Source: an uncultured Holosporaceae bacterium
GTDB taxonomy: Bacteria > Pseudomonadota > Alphaproteobacteria > Holosporales > Holosporaceae
Length of the DNA: 64,000 bases
Assembly: GCA_964560205.1 (NCBI GenBank)
Contig: CAZLKT010000001.1
Span: 13,733-77,732 of the forward strand
Reading direction: 5' to 3'
Part shown: positions 20,044-28,405 of the stretch, piece after piece
How positions within the stretch are numbered: position 1 is the first letter of the stretch
How the letters are laid out: every line of letters starts with the position of its first letter
Notes under the pieces: model-generated
The model's database searches: none
Told to the model about the DNA's origin: nothing
What the model saw: the letters and a program-made list of their open reading frames with translations, nothing else
Translations under genes and position numbers: made by a program

Positions 20044-20177
20044 GAATATATATTTGGTTTATCATCAGTTTCATGCCCTTGGCATAGCTGTACCCCCCTT
20101 CACAAAGAAGAGATCTTCCTAGGAAAATCCTTCTTTGTGTTCTTCAGTGAATGGCCATCCCCTCTTCTCCTCAGAGG

Positions 20178-22772
20178 TTAAATGCAATAACTCATCTCCT
20201 CTCTTTCTTTACCATTACCCTTCCCTGATGCTACTTGCTTTACTCCTGGTTTATCGTCGTCTTTCACCTTCAAGGGATTGGGATCACTAAACCCACCGAG
20301 CCCCATCAATTCTTCTTTTGATCTTTCACCACTCTCTACCATCTCCGCTACTGGTTTGTCTTCTTCTTGCTTTACTCCTCCTTGGTTTATGATCTTTCCC
20401 CCCTCTACCGCCGGACCCTCTTCTTGTTCTACCACCACATCCTCATCTTGGAAACCCTCTAGACTCTTTTGTTCAAATAAAGACTGAACCTTGGGGAGCA
20501 ACATCTCCGCTCCTGGTTTTTTGCCTTCTTCTTGCTTTACTCCTCCTTGGTTTATGATCTTTCCCCCCTCCCCTAGGTTCTCTTCTTGTGCTACCACCTG
20601 ATCCTCATCTTTGAAAATACCTCGTTCGTCTTCTTCAAATAAAGTTGCCAGATAATAGTCTGGATCTGACAGCTGTGACTTCTCTTTCTTCTCTCCCTTT
20701 GGATACTTTTTCTTATACCATTCCCTATTCTCTTTCAACCGTTGCTCTCGCAATTCTTTCTTCTCTTTCAACCGTTGCTCTCGCAATTCTTTCTGCTCTT
20801 GCTGCTTTTGCCGCCTTTCCTCTTGCTGCTTTTGCCCCTTAGGATCATAGTATTCGTCTTCAACATCAGAGTCCTTCCAGTGCTGATCTTTCTTCTCTAT
20901 CCGCCACTTCACATGGTCCAATTCCTGCCTCTTCTCTTCAAATCGTGCGCTTATTTTGTGTCCATATTTTAATAATAAGGCCAGCGTTGCTACTGTTCCT
21001 CCTATCACCATATCAAAATTAGACACCTGCTTCCCATCAAAGAATAGCTTATGACCTAATATACCGCCCAGAGCCGCCTCCATCTTCCAGTTCTTCACTA
21101 ATGAGAGGACGGGGGAGGGGAGGAAACGTGAAAAAAGAGAGCCCTTCATATCAGCTCTCTTCCCCAGTAGCTGCTCATACGGAGGTTGATACAAAGATTC
21201 ATATGAAACGTTTGGATCGCCCTGCCTCTGCTCTACTTCTACACCACTACCCCCCTCTGGCACTTCTTGCTCTACTTCTGCACCACTACCCCCTGGCACT
21301 TCTTGCTCTACTTCTTCATTGAAGGGCTTGTAAACAACACCCGCCTCTTCTATTTCTTGTCTTTCAACATTTTTTTCTAAAAATTCCTCATGCAATTCTT
21401 CTATACCACTACTACCCTTCCCTGGCGCTCCTTCCTCTACTTCTTGTTCGTTTACGACGCCTTCTACCACCCCTTCTTGTTTTAGCGCAATCTCCTTATA
21501 TAGGAAATCCTCTAAATCACTTTGATAGAAAGCAGCAGCATCATTATTAAGCTTAAGTTGAAGTAGTTCATCAGGTAACTTCTGCTTACTGTAGGCATGT
21601 AGCATCGCCACCACTCTAAAAAGTGGAGATAGCCGATCTGGCTTCTCTTTCAGATCTGGCTTCTCTTTCAGATCTGGCTTCTCTTTCAGCTCTGGTTTCT
21701 CTTTCAGCTCTGGCTCCTCTTTCAGCTCTGGCTCCTCTTTCAGCTCTGGCTTCTCTTTCAGCTCTGGCTTCTCTTTCAGCTCTGGCTTCTCTTTCAGCTC
21801 CTCCTTCTTCTCACCCCGCAGCCCCACGTTCTGCTCTTCTTTCTCACCGTTAAAAGAACCCATGCCCACAAACATGTCATCTTCCATTATATTACCAAAG
21901 TCTATTCCTAGAAAGGAGAATGGTCTTGCCACTCCCCAGTTTACCCACTCAAAGATACTAGAAAACAAGCTCTTCACAGGAACAACCTGCTGCTGATGAG
22001 CATTATCATCCTTCTTCTCACCCCTCACTTTTTTTAGAGCATATACTGTTGATAGGATTATCGCGGTGGCTGCTACTCCTCCTAGGGCTAGTGTATATGT
22101 ACTATTCCCTGTAAACCTGTTCAGATAGTTAACAAAATCAGCTACATATCCATCTGTCCCGTTCGAAACAGGTAACTGTCCATTAGTCGTCCCTTCTGTG
22201 CCCACATCGATCCCTTGCTCAACAGATTTCTGTCCATCAGTATTGTCTTCCATCATATGAGTATATGGAAACGCTGTACTTTGCTTTTCCCCAGATACAT
22301 CTTCTGGTACTTGGTTTTGGCTTTGGCTTTGGTTTTCCCCAGGTACTTCGTTTTGGCTTTGGCTTTGGCCTCTGCCTTGCTCTTCTTCTTTATTGCCCCT
22401 TTCAAGCTGTTGAGGTACAAGAAGGTTTTTCAATACTAAACCACCACCACCCAGAACTAAACCAGCAGTCACCGGTACGCCTGGCGCCTCCATCCCTAAT
22501 AATGAGGAGACAAGGGAAGGAGGAGGGGACGTCACAGCTCTTTTTATGTCTCCCTTCACATGCTTCGCTGTTTTGCCAGTTTTCTCCTTACTCCTGCTCC
22601 GTGAAGCCCTATTCTTGGTGCCCTGTTTTCCTCCTTTTACTTGTTTTTGAGGAGTTTGTTTCAGAGGTTTTTTGGTATGGTTATCTCTTCCTCCTGCCGA
22701 CTGCGCCCTTTCTGCATTCGTGCATATAAAAAAAAGTAAAAAAACAATGGAAGTTTTTCGAATACAAGACAT
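20178..22772 (-). CDS. Large secreted/membrane tandem-repeat protein (E/K/Q-rich), unknown function
   Basis: 864 aa. Signal peptide MSCIRKTSIVFLLFFICTNAERAQS. Hydrophobic segments YTLALGGVAATAIILSTVYAL and MVIGGTVATLALLLKYG. At least five internal repeat families: KEKPEL x9, QSQSQN-VP x2, EVEQEVP-GGSG x2, KELREQRLKE x2, and a 54-aa module x2. No family recognised. Confidence 0.8.
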   Translation of the reverse strand: MSCIRKTSIVFLLFFICTNAERAQSAGGRDNHTKKPLKQTPQKQVKGGKQGTKNRASRSRSKEKTGKTAKHVKGDIKRAVTSPPPSLVSSLLGMEAPGVPVTAGLVLGGGGLVLKNLLVPQQLERGNKEEEQGRGQSQSQNEVPGENQSQSQNQVPEDVSGEKQSTAFPYTHMMEDNTDGQKSVEQGIDVGTEGTTNGQLPVSNGTDGYVADFVNYLNRFTGNSTYTLALGGVAATAIILSTVYALKKVRGEKKDDNAHQQQVVPVKSLFSSIFEWVNWGVARPFSFLGIDFGNIMEDDMFVGMGSFNGEKEEQNVGLRGEKKEELKEKPELKEKPELKEKPELKEEPELKEEPELKEKPELKEKPDLKEKPDLKEKPDRLSPLFRVVAMLHAYSKQKLPDELLQLKLNNDAAAFYQSDLEDFLYKEIALKQEGVVEGVVNEQEVEEGAPGKGSSGIEELHEEFLEKNVERQEIEEAGVVYKPFNEEVEQEVPGGSGAEVEQEVPEGGSGVEVEQRQGDPNVSYESLYQPPYEQLLGKRADMKGSLFSRFLPSPVLSLVKNWKMEAALGGILGHKLFFDGKQVSNFDMVIGGTVATLALLLKYGHKISARFEEKRQELDHVKWRIEKKDQHWKDSDVEDEYYDPKGQKQQEERRQKQQEQKELREQRLKEKKELREQRLKENREWYKKKYPKGEKKEKSQLSDPDYYLATLFEEDERGIFKDEDQVVAQEENLGEGGKIINQGGVKQEEGKKPGAEMLLPKVQSLFEQKSLEGFQDEDVVVEQEEGPAVEGGKIINQGGVKQEEDKPVAEMVESGERSKEELMGLGGFSDPNPLKVKDDDKPGVKQVASGKGNGKEREEMSYCI
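20340..20616 (-). repeat. Approximately 115-nt module duplicated with a 162-nt period, inside the 864-aa gene
   Basis: 20340-20455 and 20502-20616 share ...catctccgct-ctggtt...cttcttcttgctttactcctccttggtttatgatctttcccccctc... They encode F(Q/K)DED-VV-QEE...EGGKIINQGGVKQEE-K-(P)-AEM twice. Confidence 0.9.
21635..21798 (-). repeat. In-frame 18-nt tandem repeat, about 9 copies, encoding (K/E)(E)KP(E/D)L hexapeptides
   Basis: The units gatctggcttctctttca and gctctggc(t/c)tctctttca run head to tail. The translation is KEKPELKEKPELKEKPELKEEPELKEEPELKEKPELKEKPDLKEKPDLKEKPD. Confidence 0.95.
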
Positions 22773-23049
22773 AAGCCCTAACCTTTCAAATTAAAAATAC
22801 CTGATATTCATTCTATATGTTTAAACCATCAAAGTCAATAGTAAAAATATATTATTTTTATTTAATATTATATTAATAAAAAAAACTGATGGAATAAGTT
22901 GCAAAGATCATGAAAAAAAATGCACACAACGAAATGAATAACATGCTTTTTGGTCTTTATGGTGGTTTTGCTGATGGAGATGGGAGATTCACACCACAGC
23001 AATAACAATGGCTAAGGCTGCTGCACCCACCATCCAGTTTTCTTTTAAA

Positions 23050-23135
23050 AAGAAAGGAAGGGCGTTACAGGTCTGTTTGTATCTCCACCTGTCACATGTT
23101 TCGCTGTTTTGTCAGTTTTCCCATTTTACACACTC
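23050..23135 (-). pseudogene. Decayed fragment paralogous to the 5' region of the 864-aa repeat-protein gene
   Basis: 23081-23120 (tctccacctgtcacatgtttcgctgttttgtcagttttc) aligns with 22551-22588 (tctcccttcacatgcttcgctgttttgccagttttc), and weaker similarity continues upstream. It translates as NGKTDKTAKHVTGGDTNRPVTPFLSF-stop, against KTGKTAKHVKGDIKRAVTSPPPSL in the intact gene. A stop codon precedes the fragment and another follows it. Confidence 0.55.
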
Positions 23136-23138
23136 CCC

Positions 23139-25001
23139 TCAGAAATAAAGGAATGCCCTCATCTGATCAAAGCGCTCCTTCAAGGAGGTCGTGTTACCAT
23201 AGAACGGCTTGTAGAGGTCTCCAGAACGAAAATTCATAAAGAGATCAGAGCTGCCAACATACTTCATAATATAATACAGATTAGAATACTCCCCTAGGGA
23301 GAGAAGACCGTGGCCTTGTAATTTCTTTCCAATGCTCGATAGGGATTTTTTTTTCGCAAAAACGCTCTGGTCAGTTCCTCGCCGTGGAGTCATGAGAAAT
23401 AAGACGCTCCGACGATCTTGCAGGGTGGACTCCTCTGCAAAAAAGTACTGTAAAAATGGAATATCCCCAAGCAGTGGCACCTTTTTCTTAGATGTTGCAC
23501 GCCAGGTGGAGTTAAGACCACCAATAACCATGGTTTGTCCAAATTTTGCCCTCACCGTATTTGACACGTTGGCTCGTGTAATGGCTATCATTTGGTCATT
23601 GATACCTATATTCATATTAGGCTCTTCAATAAAACGACTTCCTGTTACCATGATTTCTATGGTGACATAATCCCCATCAATTTCCAATGGAGTGATTTCC
23701 ACCTTTGATCCTGTATCCATATCAATAATACCTGATCCACTGGACCCAGAAGACGTTCCAATGTAGTTTCTTCCACTATAGAAGCTTGCTGTTTTACCAA
23801 GAACAGTGAAAACCGATGGACGATCAATCACCTCTATGCGTCTTTTCTGCACATTGGCAATGTTCAAATTGTATGCCATCACCACAGGAGTAATGGCAAA
23901 ATTAAAAGCCTGAGTCCAACCTTTGGTGATCTCCTCATTGGCAGAAGTTATGGTTCTTGTGAGTGCTACCAAAGGGTTTGTTCCCCCCAATGTCACTGCC
24001 AGTTTTTCCAAAATATTGTTTCCTTTTTGTGTCATCTCCTCCTCAGAAACATGCAACGTGCAGAAATCAACACCAATGGAACACTCCTCTTCTGGAGATG
24101 GTCGTCTTTCTTGTGGAGGAGGAAAATCATGAGGAGGACGCGCCTGCGGTCGTTCTTGAGTTTCCATCTGTGGTTCTTGAATGGATTGTTCTTGCTCATG
24201 TACGTCTTCTTGAGAATCCAGAGATTCTGGCCCTTCTTCGTCATCATCTCCCTGGACCGGCCTTATGGAAGCATGATTATGGAACGTCCCCCAATCAGAG
24301 ACCCTTTTTTGAAGCTGATCCACATCAGAGTACTCCTTGGGCACAAGATTTCTATACTTTTTCACATAATTCCCTGCCTCCTGAGGTTTATTACATGCAG
24401 CATAAATCAGGGCAGCGGCTCGAACCTTTTTTGCATCCTCTGAGGAGAGTTTGAGGGACTGACGAATGGCTGCCGTGGCTGCAGGAAGATCCCCCACGTA
24501 ATAAGACGCATAGGCCAACGCATAAAGTATCTCCGGATCATTGGAGCGAAGACAAAAAGCATCATAGAGATTTTTTTGGGCATCATGATATCGCCCCACA
24601 CGAATTTCATGCATACCCAGAAGATATGATCCCACCCAATTTGATGGATCTGCAGTTTTTGCTGCTTGATAAGCTACACCCGCTAACTCCGGACTGCTGT
24701 CATAACCATTCTGCGCCATGGTCTCATAGACAAGACCGTTGAGGATATGAAGTGTGGAGCTTTTCACAGAAGATTGCAAAGCAACATTAATGTACTGAGA
24801 TGCTGCCCTCAGCTCACCATTGTCAATTTTGTCCCTCAGTGCATCCATGGAAAAATGGGGAGGCAAATCACTATTTGCGCCATGTATCAAAGCAACTTTT
24901 TTTGATATCTCCTCATGCTGACTTCTTTTATCATGACATCCATAGAACAGACAAGAGAAACAAAGTATAGGAAAAAGAGATATGTGTATATTTTTCATCA
25001 T
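23139..25001 (-). CDS. Lipoprotein with an N-terminal TPR-like domain fused to a C-terminal secretin domain (paralog A)
   Basis: 620 aa. Lipobox-like CLFYGC-HDK. TPR-like helices (EILYALAYASYYVGDLPAATAAIRQSLKL). Acidic/Pro linker. Secretin signature GQTMVIGGLNSTWRATSKKKVPLLGDIPFLQYFFAEESTLQDRRSVLFLMTPR. Terminal FLYF. GGAGGAGG SD upstream. Confidence 0.8.
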   Translation of the reverse strand: MMKNIHISLFPILCFSCLFYGCHDKRSQHEEISKKVALIHGANSDLPPHFSMDALRDKIDNGELRAASQYINVALQSSVKSSTLHILNGLVYETMAQNGYDSSPELAGVAYQAAKTADPSNWVGSYLLGMHEIRVGRYHDAQKNLYDAFCLRSNDPEILYALAYASYYVGDLPAATAAIRQSLKLSSEDAKKVRAAALIYAACNKPQEAGNYVKKYRNLVPKEYSDVDQLQKRVSDWGTFHNHASIRPVQGDDDEEGPESLDSQEDVHEQEQSIQEPQMETQERPQARPPHDFPPPQERRPSPEEECSIGVDFCTLHVSEEEMTQKGNNILEKLAVTLGGTNPLVALTRTITSANEEITKGWTQAFNFAITPVVMAYNLNIANVQKRRIEVIDRPSVFTVLGKTASFYSGRNYIGTSSGSSGSGIIDMDTGSKVEITPLEIDGDYVTIEIMVTGSRFIEEPNMNIGINDQMIAITRANVSNTVRAKFGQTMVIGGLNSTWRATSKKKVPLLGDIPFLQYFFAEESTLQDRRSVLFLMTPRRGTDQSVFAKKKSLSSIGKKLQGHGLLSLGEYSNLYYIMKYVGSSDLFMNFRSGDLYKPFYGNTTSLKERFDQMRAFLYF

Positions 25002-25016
25002 GCACTCCTCCTCCCA

Positions 25017-26828
25017 TTAAAAATAAAGAAACTTGGCAATTTGCTCTAATTTATCCTCCAAAGAGCCTCCTGTGGACCCCCAAAAAGGAGGAATCATATC
25101 CCCACTTCGAAAATTATGAAAGAGAGGATTTTCTTCTAGGTGTCGAAGAATAGTGTATACAGTGTGCCGTTCTCCTATGGACATAACACCATGATCTCTC
25201 AGTTTTTGCGCATTGGAGGACAGTGTGTACAGACTTTTTTTCTTTTTCTTTTTGTGAGACTCCCACCGTGGAGAAATAAGGAAAATGGTATTTCTTGTGT
25301 CGCTGTTCGTGGAATTGGATGCAAAAAAGTATTGTACAACAGGAAGATCCTTCAAAAGCGGAGTACCATACTCATGTGCATGCTGAGCAACGGAGTTGAT
25401 ACCACCGATAAAAATCGTTTCACCAGATCTGGCCTTCACCGTGGTAGAAAGCTTTACTTTTCCTAAACTTAAAAGTTGTGTTGTGATGCCTTTTATAACA
25501 TCTGGCTCTTTCAAAAATGTACTGTCCTCAAGGGTAATGTTCAAGGTTAGTACATCATCCTCATCAATAGAAACAGGTAAAATCTTCACATTGGTACCAG
25601 AACTTACAGACGCCACCGTTGATCCTGTAATACCTGCAGTGGCCCCAGTATACTGATCTCCTTCTAAAAAATGTGTTGGTGTGCCCAAAAGTGTGGTCAC
25701 CGTAGGACGAGAAAGAAGCTCCACCGTATCCACATCCACATTGGCAATATTTAAGCTGTACGCTAAGTTCGAAGAGTTCGCGGAAAAAGCAAAATTTTGG
25801 GTCCATCCTCCCGTAATGGCCCCCCCTTTATTTTCTCTGTCTCGGCTAAGGTCCACATAAGGTAATGTGGTCTTCTCCCCGCCCATGGAAATTCTCAGGG
25901 AATCCAAAATATTCTGCCCCATGCTGGTAAAAGTTGTTTGTGTGGACGTCAGCAAATAACAATCAAAAGTGATCACCTGAGCATGCTTTCTTTGCTGATC
26001 ATCTGGTGAGGGTAGCGGCTGTGGCTGGTCATCAGAGAACTCACCCTCCTCTCCCTGAACATTTTCAAAAAAAGCGGTATTGGTGTGAAGCCTTTTCCAA
26101 TCCGCAATTCTTTCTTGCACCATGACCACATCTGCATCATTGCCTTTCATAGCACTTTTATACGCCACAAAAGACGCTTCACTTTGAGTAAAATCCGAAC
26201 ATGCCGCTGATATAATGGCACATGCCCTATGAAAAAGAGCATTCTTCGGCTCCAACGCCACAGCTTTTTGAATGCTCTCACATGCCAAATGAAGATCCCT
26301 TACATAATAGGACGCACATGCTAAGGCATACAAAATTTCTGGTTTTTCTGGGCGAAGGATGAGAGCATTAACCAAATAATCCTGTGCCTTCTGATATTGT
26401 TTTTTCTGAAGCGAATAGCATCCATATAAATAGGCATAAAGCCATTTAGAGGGATCAAGGGTACAAGCCGAACTGTACGCAACGCCTGCAAGCTCCTCAC
26501 ATGTTTCATCACCCCGTCGCGCTCTTTCTTCGTAAATAATGCCATTGATGACGTGTAAGGCTGGAAAATTCACACTGATCTGGAGGGCCTGATTCACAAT
26601 ATGCGACGCCTCCTTCAAATTTCCCCTTCTTATAGACTCTTTTAACTTTTCTAAAGGAAAATATGTGGGAAGATCGAAGTGCTCTTTGGAAAGCCTTGTT
26701 AAGATGTCCCTCTTTTCAAAAAGTCCTTCTCCCCCCAAACTATTCGTAGAAGCAGACTCCTTGTCATGACAAGCACATAGAAAAATACTACAGAGAGAAA
26801 GAACCTTGGCATAATCTTTATTTTTCAT
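25017..26828 (-). CDS. Lipoprotein with an N-terminal TPR-like domain fused to a C-terminal secretin domain (paralog B)
   Basis: 603 aa with the same architecture as paralog A. SIFLCAC-HDK lipobox, EILYALACASYYVRDLHLACESIQKAVAL, GETIFIGGINSVAQHAHEYGTPLLKDLPVVQYFFASNSTNSDTRNTIFLISPR, terminal FLYF. It ends 15 nt upstream of paralog A. Confidence 0.8.
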   Translation of the reverse strand: MKNKDYAKVLSLCSIFLCACHDKESASTNSLGGEGLFEKRDILTRLSKEHFDLPTYFPLEKLKESIRRGNLKEASHIVNQALQISVNFPALHVINGIIYEERARRGDETCEELAGVAYSSACTLDPSKWLYAYLYGCYSLQKKQYQKAQDYLVNALILRPEKPEILYALACASYYVRDLHLACESIQKAVALEPKNALFHRACAIISAACSDFTQSEASFVAYKSAMKGNDADVVMVQERIADWKRLHTNTAFFENVQGEEGEFSDDQPQPLPSPDDQQRKHAQVITFDCYLLTSTQTTFTSMGQNILDSLRISMGGEKTTLPYVDLSRDRENKGGAITGGWTQNFAFSANSSNLAYSLNIANVDVDTVELLSRPTVTTLLGTPTHFLEGDQYTGATAGITGSTVASVSSGTNVKILPVSIDEDDVLTLNITLEDSTFLKEPDVIKGITTQLLSLGKVKLSTTVKARSGETIFIGGINSVAQHAHEYGTPLLKDLPVVQYFFASNSTNSDTRNTIFLISPRWESHKKKKKKSLYTLSSNAQKLRDHGVMSIGERHTVYTILRHLEENPLFHNFRSGDMIPPFWGSTGGSLEDKLEQIAKFLYF

Positions 26829-27076
26829 AGTGATGTCACTTAAAATCCTTTGCTAACAATATATAAAAAAAAAATTAACGTCAATCCAATATGAATGTGG
26901 ATTTTCGAGTAACAACATGATGGAATTTTGTCAATGGGAAGGAAAATTGTGGAAAGAAGGGAAAAAAGATCACTTGTAACGACAAAAGAAACGTGGTATG
27001 GTTTGTCGTCCTTGTGATTTTTCCCACAGGTGTCGAAAATTCTTTCACAGTTACCTAGGATGGTTTTTGTTCCTTT

Positions 27077-28363
27077 ATGATGCGTTTCCATGAATTTAGA
27101 AAGCAATCACTGCAGGACCTGCTTGCTATAGCGCATACTCTTGCAGTGGATCAACCAGAGTCTTTGAAAAAACAAGACCTGAAACATGCGGTGTTGCGAA
27201 AAAAGGCAGAAAAAGATGAGTTCATCACTGCCGAGGGCGTGGTGGAAATTTTGCCAGATGGATTTGGCTTTCTCCGCTTTTCCTTCACAAACTATTTGCC
27301 GGGAGCAGATGACGTATATCTCTCCTTACAGCAAATTCGTTCCTTCCATTTAAAAACAGGAGATGTGGTTGAGGGCGTTATCCATGTCCCCCAAGATAAT
27401 GGGCGATATTGCACCTTATCAAAGATTATAACCATTAACACACAACCTCCTGGATCAAACCATCATCGTGTCTCTTTTGATTCCCTCACGCCAATCTTTC
27501 CTGAAAAGAAGATTTGTTTTGAGATGGCACCAGCACATCAACCACAGGAAAAGGCCTTCTTACGAAAAGATCTCACATTGCGTGTCATTGATTTGGTGGC
27601 TCCCATTGGGTTTGGTCAACGAGCCCTTATTGTTGCCCCTCCACGCACAGGAAAAACCATTATTTTACAATCCATCATTAAGGCAATTATGGCCAACCAT
27701 CCGGAGGTGCATCTCATCGTTTTGCATATTGATGAACGTCCCGAGGAAGTCACGGAAATGGTACGATTGGTAAAGTGTGGTGAAGTGATAAGTTCCACCT
27801 TTGATGAGCCAGCCACACGTCATGTGCAGGTGGCAGAAATGGTCCTGGAAAAAGCAAAACGTTTGGTCGAGGCAAAAAAAGATGTGGTCATTGTGCTTGA
27901 TTCCATCACCAGACTCGCCAGGGCCTACAATACGGTTATGCCATCTTCTGGAAAAGTACTGACGGGAGGCGTTGATGCCAATGCACTGCAAAAGCCCAAA
28001 AGGTTTTTTGGTGCTGCGCGTAATGTGGAAGAGGGAGGGTCGTTGACCATTATTGCAAGCGCTTTGGTAGAAACAGGGTCACGCATGGATGAAGTGATCT
28101 TTGAAGAATTTAAGGGCACAGGAAACTGTGAAATTATCCTTGATCGCAAACTTGCAGATCGAGGGATTTTCCCAGCCATTGATGCAACAAAATCAGGAAC
28201 TCGCCGTGTGGAACTTTTGGTGGATCCCGCCATTATGATGAAACTTGTTGTGTTGCGGAGGGTGCTCAGCCCCATGGGCTCACAAGAAGGCATGGAGTTC
28301 CTTCTGGATAAACTCGCCCTCACAAAGAACAATGATGATTTTTTTCAAAACATGAATCGTTGA
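27077..28363 (+). CDS. rho: Transcription termination factor Rho
   Basis: The N-terminal RNA-binding region ([14 protein letters not shown]) and the Walker A motif (PPRTGKT) support Rho. The downstream RecA-like motifs and the length (428 aa) also fit. Confidence 0.95.
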   Translation: MMRFHEFRKQSLQDLLAIAHTLAVDQPESLKKQDLKHAVLRKKAEKDEFITAEGVVEILPDGFGFLRFSFTNYLPGADDVYLSLQQIRSFHLKTGDVVEGVIHVPQDNGRYCTLSKIITINTQPPGSNHHRVSFDSLTPIFPEKKICFEMAPAHQPQEKAFLRKDLTLRVIDLVAPIGFGQRALIVAPPRTGKTIILQSIIKAIMANHPEVHLIVLHIDERPEEVTEMVRLVKCGEVISSTFDEPATRHVQVAEMVLEKAKRLVEAKKDVVIVLDSITRLARAYNTVMPSSGKVLTGGVDANALQKPKRFFGAARNVEEGGSLTIIASALVETGSRMDEVIFEEFKGTGNCEIILDRKLADRGIFPAIDATKSGTRRVELLVDPAIMMKLVVLRRVLSPMGSQEGMEFLLDKLALTKNNDDFFQNMNR

Positions 28364-28405
28364 GAGATCCAGCATAGAGATGAATTCAGGAGATAGTCAT
28401 AGGCG

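Noticed and set aside
21635-21798. A regular 18-nt repeat array that could be mistaken for a CRISPR-like or satellite array
   Set aside because: The repeats are contiguous with no spacers and are in frame within a long ORF. They translate into a clean hexapeptide repeat, and no cas genes are present.
22910-23008. A short plus-strand ORF (MKKNAHNEMNNMLFGLYGGFADGDGRFTPQQ) in the spacer between the secretin and the repeat protein
   Set aside because: It is only 32 aa with no SD or recognisable features. It lies beside the decayed paralogue fragment, so it is more likely chance.
23139-26828. The secretin pair as remnants of a filamentous phage (pIV-like) or of a prophage
   Set aside because: There is no zot/pI-like ATPase, coat protein, replication or integrase gene nearby. 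The lipoprotein signal and TPR fusion are unlike pIV.
26840-27106. An 88-aa minus-strand ORF in the secretin B / rho divergent region
   Set aside because: It overlaps the rho start codon and has AT-driven composition with no signal or motif. The region is better explained as a divergent promoter spacer.
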